From the NCBI GenBank assembly GCA_051362555.1, contig CM120645.1, forward strand, positions 24,456,934 through 24,520,933: a DNA stretch of 64,000 nucleotides, read 5' to 3'. This document shows positions 1 to 13,500 of the stretch, piece by piece. The position numbers and the translations under genes are program-made. The DNA comes from Lingula anatina. Taxonomy: Eukaryota; Animalia; Brachiopoda. Numbering within the stretch: position 1 is the first letter of the stretch; every line of letters starts with the position of its first letter. The notes below the pieces were generated by a model. The model was not told the DNA's origin and ran no database searches. It worked only from the letters and a program-made list of their open reading frames with translations.

Positions 1-738
1 AATAAGGGGCAGGAAGTAAAACCCCAGGCCTACTTAAATTAATATTTAAATTCCGGATTTCACAAAACTAGTACAGCTATGACACTAGAGAAGACTAACC
101 AGGTAAAAAAAGAACATTTCTTTTCTGCCAATAATTAACGTTTTAATACCTGTCGTCTGTAGGCCTATGCTTATAGTTACAGCAGCCTACGCGTTTTAAA
201 ATACTAATTAGTTCATGAAACTAATATTAGTGAAATGCATGTATTCCGTACGTGTCTTATGTAGGCCTACGCTACGTGAGCTGAAGCTTCCTGGTCCAAG
301 ACTAGCATATACATGATATGTATGTGAGCGCAAGGACGGAGCTCTGGTCTGACTGTGTTACAATGAGTAGCAGTAGAAAATGGTAGCAAAAAGAGTGTCT
401 AAAATGGCAGTGGTAACCAGCAGTGTGTATCATAGATTACTAGTGCGTTTTTAATAAATATTGAAATATAGGCCTATTCATATTTCATTCATGGGATTTA
501 CTAATCTCATGATCTATTTTTCGTTCTTTGTCTAAATGTTTTAAACGTAAAATCGGCCCGATAACCGAACTCGATAATAATCCCCACCCTACCCCAACAT
601 CAATCACTTGTTGATTCATGTGTTTGTTCATGTTGATTCATGTGAGCACCTAAGTGCCCAGCCGTACTGAAGCCTACATGCCGTCAGCTTTAAATAGCCT
701 TAAGTATGGATGCCACTTGACACGTCAATAGGTGATAG

Positions 739-746
739 TGACGTCA
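739..746. promoter_or_regulatory. CRE palindrome TGACGTCA upstream of TBK1
   Basis: Exact TGACGTCA in a CpG-containing region about 1 kb upstream of the ATG. A possible non-coding first-exon donor CAG|GTACAT lies at 1293. Function is inferred. Confidence 0.3.
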
Positions 747-1793
747 GCGAATACTGTAAAAGGATGGTATTACGCAGTTGTAAAACATCATATTTGAAAT
801 ACCTGTGTTGATTTCAACCATGTTTCAACTGGCCATAAACTTGAGGGTAACCATAGAATACCCAGCAGGACTGAATAGGAATAACCTTATAGAAATCCCA
901 AGGATGTCTGTTGGCCTTTATGGGAATTCTATCAGATGATTCTTCCATCTGGGGCATGAATAATAGGACTTCATAAGATTTTCTCGGGCAAATTTGTTCC
1001 ATTGCGTCCTACAATACGTTACAATACGTAAGCGATTTACATTACATTCGTTTTTTTTTTCTACGTGTTATGGTACACTACTAAGTGTGGTATTCTTAAG
1101 TTATTTTCTGTGAAATCAAGGAGACACCAGCCGAGCGAGTACCGTAAAAACAGTGCCATCTATCGGATTGAGCATAGCTGCATCTAGGTCAGCGTAGACC
1201 AGTATAACACGCTTGAATGTCATGGCCTTGTGTATTTATTTACAAGGAACGTGGCAACGAGAAAAGAACTTATAGCAGACACTCAGTTTCAGGTACATGT
1301 ACATGAACTATGTATACCATTAACTATCGGTGGGGAAAACCAGCTTGTATGTTGTTGAGTACGAAGTAGGACTAGTTGAGAAGAAATGATTCCCTACACT
1401 GAGACTGGAGCATGCTCTCTCTTTTCTAGCGCCCCTTTTCTAGATAACTTTAGCATATGTTTTCACGCTCGACTGTTACCTTAATTGGTCAATAGACCAA
1501 GTACTTGGATCTAAAAATCACTTAAACGACTTTAGAACACTGTATCAGTCAACCACAACGCAGGAAAACCTATCAAATTTAATTGAGTAGTTTAACAAAT
1601 TTCAAAAAGTCGCCATAGACTACTGTATGTCGTAGTCTAACGCATCAATGTCTCCATGGGGGAACATATTATTTATACATGTTTTGTGATAACTTGCCAA
1701 ACCCAATAAAATGAAATATTCTTATGTTATATAACACTGATAATATTATAACATTTCTTTACACTTACAGAGAGGTTCACATAGTAAATTGTG

Positions 1794-4700
1794 ATGTCCC
1801 AGCTATCGTCCAACCTACGAGGCTCTGCTAGCTACGTATGGTCAACGAATGATCCTCTCGGGCAGGGAGCCACGGGAGCTGTATACAGGTGTCGACACAA
1901 GGTGAGAATACTTGTAGTATAGATGAGGCACCAAGACCATCTGGACATAAGGCCCTGAAAATATGTTTAGGGCTGCAATGTTTATTTTAAAAAACCATCA
2001 ATTCACAGATCTCAGTAAATAAATCTTTATTCATATTTTACTGTTAATGCAAGTCATTTCAAGTTGGGTGAGGAATAAAAACCTGGATTCATGAGTCATG
2101 GGAATGGGATGCTTACTTGTCGAACGTCCAAATGCTTGTTAGTATTCCAGTTACTGTAGATAAAATTGACAAGATAAAAGAAGTGGAAAATTATCAGCTA
2201 AAATCTTTGAGGCTATTGCTTAAAAATCATATCAACAATTAAGTAATTTTTCTGTCAAGTAATGATGGGAGCCTGTCAAATGATTGAAAACATCTGAGCT
2301 TCCTAGATTTTTGAAAAAAATAGGTTTTGATAATAAAACTGCCTCTGTGTTAATATTGAAAATGAAGTCAGCTAATTCATGTAATGTTTTAGGTAAATTT
2401 ATTAATAGTTATCTTTGTGGATGACTTGGAAGTCTAAAATTTAATATTTAAAATAAGCAGCTGTATAGCCACTCTGTCACTACTAGACTGCAATATTGTA
2501 AAATTCTTAGTTATCAGAATGAATTGGCACTCCTCCACCTATAATTTGATGCCCTCAGCACTATTACCATTGTACACCTACACAGTATCTGTTTGTCTGT
2601 GACCTAAGCGGTGAATCTGAAGCGCCCACACCTTGATAATCAATAGGTTTTATTTGGTGTCAGTCAGTCATACATTGACATTTCTATGACTAAAATGTAT
2701 AAAGTGTATTTTATTAAAGGTGAAACTATTGGTGTTGAACTGGAAAATGACTAAATATGAAGCTGCATTATTCAGTAGTATAGATAAACTGTCACAAGTC
2801 AATGTGTCACCCACACATGGCACCACTCCTTGCCACCACACGTCTTTCACACGTGGCACCGCGCCCTACTTGTGGGTGGCAGTTTGTCTGTATATAAAGC
2901 ACTTCAGAAGCTTAGCTTGTCAGGATAAGTTATTGACAATACCAGACCTGCTACCAGTACAGTACATATGATTCTCTCGGCTCAAGGGACTGATTAAGAG
3001 CGTTGTTCTGCTCTCTCTCCCTGAGGACAATGTGTCCCAGCATATAATAGTGACTCACATTTACAAGTTGTGTTTCTTTTCCAACAACTTGAAAGTTTTC
3101 AGCCAAAAATTTATATTCTAAATTTTGAATAACTTGACCATAAAAAAAATTGTTTCTTCTCAAGTGAAATAAGCAGTGTAGTTGCTAACCTACCTTTTGG
3201 CTGTCTGCCAAACCAATATTGCCAGTGGGCTTGATCTCCATGGTAACGCTTTTTATTGTTTTTTCCACTAATTTATCCCTCGGGATATGCTCCAGTCCAT
3301 CCTAACTGTGACCTGTCTCTTCTGCATACAGCACTGCACAGTGTTGCTCTGATCAAACTTGAAAGATTTACCTTTGTTTTTCATTGTTCCACATGCACTT
3401 ATATTCATCCGTCATGACATGCGTCGATAACATTATGGTTTGTGGTGTTAAGCTATGTCCCGTGTCCCGCGCCATGCATTGTGCAACACTTGGTGCTGCA
3501 CATACATCTGTAGGATGCAAAATATCATTAATTATGTTGAAAATACCCATCAGAGTTTAAACATGAACAAATGACAAGATAATCGACATCGTAATGTGAG
3601 ATAAAGTAGTTCTTACCCATTGAGCTGGTGTATGAATACAAAATTATCCAATCAGGAGATTTTATATAGAGGTGACACATATCAATACTGGCACTCCTTC
3701 AAGGGGAATCCCCTTCTGTCAGTAACCAATCAAATGTAAGGTCACAGGGAGAATTCCTTAACAAAATTTTCAGACACACAATCTCCTACAGGTTGGTATT
3801 TTAATAATTGACTATTGAAATTAACTTCTTTGGTGTTGTTTATACATACTACTTCTATATAAGATTGACCCATAGCATCTAAAATGGTCCAACAGCTCAC
3901 TTAAATGCTTTTTTTTATTTTGGAACCTCCCTTAATACATAAAGGTTATTTAGTATGGTTGTGTTTTGATACATACACATGTTCTTATGTTTGTTTATTT
4001 TATAATGGGAGATTAAACTCCTAGCAATAAAAGAAAGTAGAGGGAGCAGCACTTGTGTTTTGCACCTGAAAACGGCCTTTGTTGGATATTTTAACAAAAA
4101 TATGATTTTCTCTATTTTCAATAAATTCATAATGGCTTTTTATTTTAAGAATTCAGTTTGTGGTATTGCTTATGTTAAAACTATAATGATAACTTAGTAT
4201 TTAAAAAAATTGTATGATAGTTTATCATTTTTCATTATTTTTCCCATTGTTTTATTTAATTAAAGATGCTTTTGAAGTCATATTTTTGCCACATATATAT
4301 AATCCTTGGTTGTTTTAGTTTTACTTTCTATCTTATCCCCAGCGTACAGGAGAAGTGTTTGCTGTGAAGACCTTTAACACTGTCAGTCACTATTGTTTTA
4401 CTTTCTATCTTATCCCCAGCGTACAGGAGAGGTGTTTGCTGTGAAGACCTTTAACACGGTCAGTCACTATTGTTTTACTTTCTATCTTATCCCCAGCGTA
4501 CAGGAGAGGTGTTTGCTGTGAAGACCTTTAACACGGTCAGTCACTACCGTCCACTTGATGTCCAGACCAGAGAGTTTGATGTGGTCAGGAAGTTAAACCA
4601 CAGAAATATTGTGTCCATGGTGGCCATTGAGGAAGAGGTCAGTACAGCCACCATCTGGCTAGTTCTAGAAATAGGAACATTTTATTTATTTAATTTATCA

Positions 4701-7700
4701 TATCAGTATATTTACCAAATAAATTTACCATGCCAAAAGTGTTGTCTTTTTATGTACAGACACAGATGTGTCTGTACATATTGCCATCACCTGCGTCTGT
4801 CGTCGCCGTCGCCGTCCCTGTCGCCGTCGATGTCGCCGTCGCCGTCGCCGTGCACTTTCATCGTTAACACAATAAGTGGAAGACAGTTTAACTTTTTGGC
4901 TTTATATTTACAGAGCTGATGAATATTCATAAAAACGCAGGTCAAGTTCGAAAATCAGCATGTTTGGGCAATTATTGTAGTATTTATGCTGTGTTTTCAC
5001 TTTTTAGCATATATGCAACACTGTTAACACATTTCAAGGAAAACCGATAGGCCTGTAGTCATGAAACTCACAGGAGTAATTAATCTTACTAAAATGCAGG
5101 TCAAGTTCGAAAATCAGCATAATCGGGCCATTATTTTATAAGTTATGCTGTTTTTAAACATTTCCTCAGATTCAATTCTTAGGCATGTTAACAGCCTCAT
5201 TATTTAATTAATAAGATTCGTAAAAGTGTTTGTTTGACATCTCCTGAATCTTTACAACATTGTTAGTTGATTATGTAAAAATGATGGTAAACTTGTTATC
5301 ATGTATTGTATAATAGAGTTTCAAAAAGGGAAATAAACTCATATCATTGCAGTTTGTCAGATTCATTCATTCACTATGTTCAGAAACTCAGAATGGAGGA
5401 AATTGGACATTAAACACTGTTCTATTGATATTTTTCCCATCTCATCAATTTTCTTAGTTGATCATATATAAATGGCAGTAAATTGTTAATTTTGTTATAT
5501 GTTAAAAAAATGTTAAAAATGAAAAAAAAAACATTTCAGGACCATGCTGTCTTGTTTACATTTTGGCATTTTCAAGGTGTGACTTTGAAATTCCTTTGGC
5601 CTGAAGACCTTTGCTAGGAACATTTTCTGAATATCCATGATACTAATATTTTGTTATTAAAAATTGATGGTAATTATCCTGTTAAACATTATGTAATAGT
5701 GCATCAAAATTTGAAGACACCCCTATTTTGGACACTGCTCCCATGATGACCATTTAAGGAAAACCATGTCACTTACTGTTCTCAAACTTACAGGAAGAAA
5801 CATGGGACTTAAATAAAGCTTCAGTGGGCAATGCAGATTATTTGGTAATTTTTTTTTTGGCAGTTAATCAGTTTTTTGTGAAAATTTAATTTTTCACATA
5901 TTGGCATTTTCAAGGTGTGACTTAGAACCTCCACGGGCTTGAAGACCCATGCTAGTCACATTTTCTGGAAATCCACGATACGGATCTTTTATTATTAAAA
6001 ACTGATGGTCATTATGCTGTTAAGCATTATGTAATATTGCATTAAAATAGAAGAAAAAACAATTTTGGGTGCTGCTGCCATGATGACCATTATGGGAAAA
6101 CCATGTTACTTATGATTGTCAAACTTTCAAAAAAGAAACAAAGGACTAAAATGCAGCCTGAGTTGGAAAAGCAGTCTAATTGGCTTCTTTTTCTGGAAGT
6201 TATACATTTTAGTGAAATATTCATTTTTATCATGTTGGCATATTCATTGTGGGACTCGAAGCTCCCATGGACATGAAGCCAAATGGTAATCAAATTTTCT
6301 ACATGTCCATGCTATTTATAGTCAATAATCAAAAATTGGTGATAATTATTCTGTAATTTATTATGTAATGTTACATCAAAATTGACAAAAATATTTTTGC
6401 ACTGCTACTACAAACATTATGAAAAGAAAACTGTGTTACTTATTATTATTTTCAACTTACAAGTATGATTTGTAGGATTGGCATGCAGTTCAAATTAGAA
6501 AGCCAGCTCAAATGGGTTATCATTTATTATTGAATTTAAGCAGTTTTATGTGAAATTTTCATTTTTCTCATTCTGGCATTTTCAAAGTGTGAACTTAAAC
6601 TCCCATGGGCCTGAAGCCTTACGCTTGTTACACATTTCACTTACATTGGTATTACCTGTTGAGCATAATTAAAATTTGATGTTGAATTTGCAGTTAAGCA
6701 TAATGTACTTTTGCATCAGAATTGACAGTAGCCTGTTTTGTGCATTGTTATTGTCTGCTTTTTGTCTGTACATTTGACAGCTTTGCTGCCTTGTTTTTTT
6801 TTTAAGTTTTTTTTTCACATAAACAAAGGATACAACCAGCAGCATGCAATGATATATAAAAATGAACCAACACCTGTCAATGAGGAATGAAACCTTCACA
6901 AAGAAAAAAAGAAAAAGGAAAATTTCTTACTATTGAAAAAGAAAACTGAAGGGCCAAAGATCCTTGTTTTATTATTGTTTTAGTTGCGTTCTTTTGGCTG
7001 TCTTTTTCTGTCAAGAGAGAATTACCATAACGTGGATTCAGAAAATGCCACTACAATTCACACAGACACAAAATTGTGTTTTGGTCTGAGGTTTTTTTTT
7101 TTCATATACAAAACAAGTTAATCATTATGTTTGTAAGAAAAAGCTGTCATTTAAGACATGTAATAAACATAAGACTTTTATTTAGAGAAATGTTTCTGGA
7201 AAATTCAGTTCTTTTCTGCCATCCTTAATCACCAAGTTATACTGTATTCAAAGCAGTACACATACACAGATGTATGTTTTTAGTTCTTTAGTCTCTTGCA
7301 TAATGAAGATAAAGACTGGTTAATTTCATTTTTGGTGGTAAGAATTTGAAATTAAGAACTCGAAAACTTTTTGTGTGTGTGTGTGTGTGTACTGTATAAA
7401 TAATGTCTTATGTTCCTTGTTTACCTATAAAGATTTATTTTCTCTCTTTAGCAACATACAAGGAACCGTATCATTGTGATGGAACTGTGCGACTGCTCTC
7501 TGTACAACATGTTGGAAAAACCAGAGAACGCATTTGGTCTGGAAGAGGTTGAATTTTTGGAAGTATTAAATGATGTTGGTAAGTTAGTGGAATATGTGTG
7601 TAGTATTGTGTGGGTGGAAGTCTGGAATGAAGGAGACATCACATGATGTTGGTAGCTATGTAGCTGGATTATACATGGATTTTTGGTGAGTGTCATAGTT

Positions 7701-10565
7701 TAAGACTGACTGATCATTGATATGAGATAGTTGAATGTGTGTGTTTTGTTACAGCTGAAGATATGAGATATCTCCATGTTTAATGTGTGTATTTTGTTGC
7801 AGCTGAAGGTATGAGATATCTCCATGTTTAATGTGTGTATTTTGTTGCAGCTGAAGGTATGAGATATCTCCATGTTTAATGTATGTATTTTGTTGCAGCT
7901 GAAGGTATGAGATATCTCCATGTTTAATGTGTGTATTTTGTTACAGCTGAAGGTATGAGATATCTCCATGTTTAATGTGTGTATTTTGTTACAGCTGAAG
8001 GTATGAGATATCTCCATGTTTAATGTGTGTATTTTGTTACAGCTGAAGGTATGAGATATCTCCATGTTTAATGTGTGTATTTTGTTACAGCTGAAGGTAT
8101 GAGATATCTCCATGTTTAATGTGTGTATTTTGTTACAGCTGAAGGTATGAGATATCTCCATGTTTAATGTGTGTATTTTGTTACAGCTGAAGGTATGAGA
8201 TATCTCCATGTTTAATGTGTGTATTTTGTTACAGCTGAAGGTATGAGATATCTCCATGTTTAATGTGTGTATTTTGTTACAGCTGAAGGTATGAGATATC
8301 TCCATGTTTAATGTGTGTATTTTGTTACAGCTGAAGGTATGAGATATCTCCATGTTTAATGTGTGTATTTTGTTACAGCTGAAGGTATGAGATATCTCCA
8401 TGTTTAATGTGTGTATTTTGTTACAGCTGAAGGTATGAGATATCTCCATGTTTAATGTGTGTATTTTGTTACAGCTGAAGGTATGAGATATCTCCATGTT
8501 TAATGTGTGTATTTTGTTACAGCTGAAGGTATGAGATATCTCCATGTTTAATGTGTGTATTTTGTTACAGCTGAAGGTATGAGATATCTCCGTGATCAGA
8601 ATATTGTACACAGAGACATCAAACCAGGAAATATAATGAGAAGCATTGGGGAAGACAAACAGTAAGTTATCCAGATCTTATCTTCATATATTATACTTGA
8701 CATACTTTGTATTCAGGACATTTTGATTGGTGTTGAACTTTCCTTTGATATATGTGAAGTTTTATCATCATTAGTGTATACATGAAACAAAACTAGCAGT
8801 TGGTGCGAAATTTTTTGCTTCACCTATGACATTAAAGAGCACAATGATATTGATACATACGTTATACCGATACATATGTTACCAAACTGCATGCAGATTG
8901 TTGATTCTTTTAACATATTTGCAATCAAAATGTATTCAATAAATTTTAAATCATTTTTGACATTATTTTAGGTCTATATATAAATTGACGGACTTTGGTG
9001 CAGCTAGAGAGCTGGAAGAGTCAGAACAGTTTGTATCATTGTATGGAACTGAGGAATATCTGGTAAGTTTGTAAATTTTTTCAACATGCCAGAAATGTTA
9101 TTTGTTAACAGTGCTTAGTTTTCTGCACTTAAAGGCAAACTCTGCACAGGATAGTGACTCCACTACATGTACTGGGAGTTGGTTATGATAGTAAACTTCA
9201 AAGGAACAGAGAGAGGTGACTTTGTATATTACATGTACTGGGAGTTGGTTATGATAGTAAACTTCAAAGGAACAGAGAGAGATGACTTTGTATACTACAT
9301 GTACTGGGAGTTGGTTATGATAGTAAACTTCAAAGGTACAGAGAGAGATGACTTTGTATATTACATGTGGAAAGGATTTATGATTATTATAAATAACTGC
9401 ATTGATGAATAAGTAAATGATTAGATAAATTGATTTATAAATAGAGAGAAATAAAGAAAACAGAAGAATAGCATAATAGCAGTCATCATGTTGTGTTCTA
9501 GTACCCAGACATGTACGAGCGAGCAGTTCTACGGAGGCCTGTCCAGCAATTGTTTGGGAAGGAGGTGGACTTGTGGTCACTAGGGGTCACTTTGTACCAC
9601 ACAGCCACAGGGCACCTGCCGTTTCAACCCTTTGGTGGGAGACGGAATAAAGAAGTGATGTAAGTTAACAGGGATGAAATATTACACCACTTGCCACTAC
9701 AATTTTAACATTTGAAAGTTCATTAAATTAATTTAAGTATAAATTTCAAAAACTTACTTAATTTACTTCATACTGAAGAAATGGTATTGAAGCAATGCTC
9801 AGAAATGATCTGATTCCAAATTTCAGGCATAAAATCACAGCAGACAAGGACTCTGGTGTGATCTCAGGGATACAGTCTACAGAGAATGGTCCTATAGAAT
9901 ACAGTACAGAACTTCCTAACACATGTCAGCTGTCAAAGTAGGTGTGATGGCTGGGTCTGCCTTTAGAACAGCAGAGAGTTTAGACAAGCTGAGAGTTCAG
10001 TTTTTATTCAAGGCTTTAGTTCAATAATAAATGATAAATTTGGTAAATTTGATAGCCTGAAATTGAATTTTTTTTTTAGTCATAGGGTACAATCTTTGCA
10101 GCTGTGTTCATAAATAGAGAGTTTGTTTTTTATATTTCAGAGGACTTAAACTTCTAGTCACACCATTATTAGCAGGGCTTATGGAAAATACATCATCAAG
10201 AATGTGGACATTTGATCAGTTTTTTGCCACTGTAAAAGACATAATGAAGAAGGTGGTAGTATACGTTTTCTCCACGGCCACCTGTGAATGTTTGTCTATA
10301 TACATCAACAAGACTGAGACGTACGCCAAGTTTCAAGATGCGATAGCAGAACAGACTGATATCAGAGCAAGTGCGCAGTTTTTACTGTTTCAAAATCACC
10401 ATTTTACCAAAATAGTGCAATCAATGACTCTGGTGGAGAGATATCCAAAGACGTCACCACAGGATCCAGTTTTCTTATATTTCACCGATGTGGATTCAGC
10501 ATTATTCACCAGACTACCAGAATTGCAAATACGTGAGTGTTTACAAACAGCACTTTCGCATGCAG

Positions 10566-10597
<32 letters not shown>

Positions 10598-13500
10598 GCA
10601 GCTACTGAGTATAATGAAACAGCATAATGAGTCCTTGAAACAATGAAGAAAACTAAAAATGTTAACTAATTTGTCCTGGAGTGACCCTCTGGTGTAGCAC
10701 ATTACATACAGTATATCTTCTCATATAAATGTGCAAACTTTCAGCCAAATACCCCAAGTTTGGGACCAGCATCTCTCTTGAGAATGACTACCCTCTAGCC
10801 AAGAAGTGTGCTGGTAATACAGAGTATATAGTAAGAAAACTGAGACTGATCAATCTACAACAGGTGCTCCTTGATAAAGCTATGACCATGTACATGTGAG
10901 TAAAGAGAACTTGAGAGATATCTATATAATATACAGTTATAATGTACATGTGAGTATAGAGAACTTGAGAGATATCTATATAATATACAGTTATAATGTA
11001 CATGTGAGTATAGAGAACTTGAGAGATATCTATATAATATACAGTTATAATGTACATGTGAGTATAGAGAACTTGAGAGATATCTATATAATATACAGTT
11101 ATAATGTACATGTGATTATAGAGAACTTGAGAGATATTTATATATATATATATATGATTACCATGTATGTGTGAGATTGGCCCCATTCAGAATAGGGGAC
11201 TAACTAGTCCGAGGCTCAAATATGGCGACCCACTACAAAATTTGCCGTCTAATCTGCTAATTGACATTAAATAGATATCCCTTGAGGAAATATTCAAGTG
11301 GGTCAGCCATATTTGACCCTCGGACTAGTTAGTCCCCTATTCTGAATGGGGCCTTAGATAACTTGGCTCCAAAGTCTGCCTTACAGGGGTTTTTGCTGTC
11401 TGGGTTGTGCTTGGATAGATTTTTAGTTATGTTTTTTCAGTGTAATTTTTGTACTCTTGAACCTTTGTGCCTCTTTCTGCCAGTGTACTCTACTTTCTGT
11501 AATAGTAACATGCGTGTTCCTGATTTTTTTATTGATAATATATAAACTTCCCTTTGTTGTAGACAAATCATAAAGTTTGAGATATCAGGCTACCAGGAAT
11601 CCAATGTCTTTATTGTTACCATGATAACGGAGACACACAAGCGTCTGCAGACTGCGACAAGGTCTCTGAACAGGATAGTGCGTGTGGTGCAGGGCTTGGC
11701 GTCACTGCGCGGGGAGCAGGCGCCCAATGAGGTGCGGTTTCTAGAGGAGGATTTACAGGTTGCAGAGAATCAGCTTACTGTCCCCTGTCAGGAGGTGAGG
11801 GCAGATATATCACAGTGTAAGGGCAGATATATCACAGTGTTAGGGCAGATATATCACAGTGTTGGCACTGTTGTGTAGAGTTGTACTGGATAGTAAGGGC
11901 TTGACCCCAATGAAACTATCTTTCTACAATATTGAACTAAATCTGCGGGGTTTCTAGCTGCATGGAATAAGATTAATCCACCTCTTCTTGAGGTTGAGCA
12001 GTATGCAGAAAACCTGGTGAATACAGGAGTAAATTGGAAACAAGAGTGTTTAACTGGTAAAATGATCAGAACTTGGCTCAATCTGTGTAGAAGGATAGTG
12101 TCATTGGGTATATATGACTCCTGAGACTTTTAGAAGGACATTAAAAGGATGAGAGACACAGAAAGAGAGAGAGAGAGAGAGAGTGACAGAGAGGGAAAGA
12201 GAGTTAAATTGGTAATATATTTGAACAGTAATTCTGCATGTCTTTAATCCAATCCACAGGCAGTAAAATCCACAGAAGAGCTGAAAAGTTACGTCCATCA
12301 GTTCTGTCAAGGTGTAGTCATAGATGATGAGTTGTCTAAAAGATGGAAATCAAACTGGGGCTGCTTGGAAACAGAGAGATGGTATGTCTAGTTTGTTGTC
12401 AGATTTTTTTACTGTTTGGTGTATAATTATGGATTCACAAACTCAACCTGAATTATTGAACATTGCCAGATGAAGTTTTGTTAACATGCTTATTATGTGT
12501 TCTTTTTCTTACTAAAATAAGTGACGGAAATTTATTTTTCACTGCTACTTTTTCTGTCTACTACATGACATTGGAAAAAGTTTGTCAGTTGAGAGACTGT
12601 ATCTGAGTATTATGGGACATTACTTAGATGATAATTATGGGACATAGATGACTATGATGAGACATAACTTAGTTAACTATGATAAGACATAAAGGCTCTG
12701 TACTTCCAGTGTTGAGAAGGGACTGGTCCTGTCAGAGCAGATCAACAAAACTATGGAGGAATTTAAAAGGGACAAACAGTTGAAGAGGTTACCGTACAAT
12801 GATGAGCAGATTCACAAGTTTGAAAAGTAAGTGCATGTTGGACTCAGATTTCGTTACCTTTAACAGTAATACTCTGTTTGCAATTGTAACCTTAATTAAT
12901 TAGCATCAAGACATCTCCATTCCAACAGTTGTGACATTCCTTTTATTTAAATGGTACTTTCTGTATTATCCAGGAATAAAATGAATGAAAACTGCACCAA
13001 GGCAACGTCTCTTGCAATGGATCATTGTTACCCAAACCTCAGAAAAGTTTTCAAGAAATTTGAAGAAGCTTTCTTGTAAGTTGTTTTAGCAGTAGAACAT
13101 GACACTCAGTGTCTGACAAGAAGCTGATGAGATCTAAGGGCTGTTTAAATTTCCATGAAACATTTTTTTTTTTTTGTTAATTTGCATAGATTTGTTTAGA
13201 TTTGTAATTGTCATATTTATATGTCTGTAATCAGTGTCTTGAAATGAAATGATCGCTCTCACATTCATATATATTCCCAGGTTCCTTATGTAAGTATTAT
13301 ATGATGTATACCACTGTGAATAAGAGTAATTATTTTTCTACAGGTTTGTCTGTACATTTATCACTAAGCTGGGCAAGATCAAGAAAAGAATAGACAATCT
13401 TACTGAAAAACAGAGCAGACTGTCAACCATCTTAGATGAGGTAGATATCCTGATATGCGTTATGAACTCGGCTTAGGTCACCTTTTACACTTAATACATA

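Noticed and set aside
7700-8611. 303-aa minus-strand ORF of ([16 protein letters not shown])n
   Set aside because: Antisense translation of the 48-bp acceptor array; the unit length is a multiple of 3, so the frame stays open by chance.
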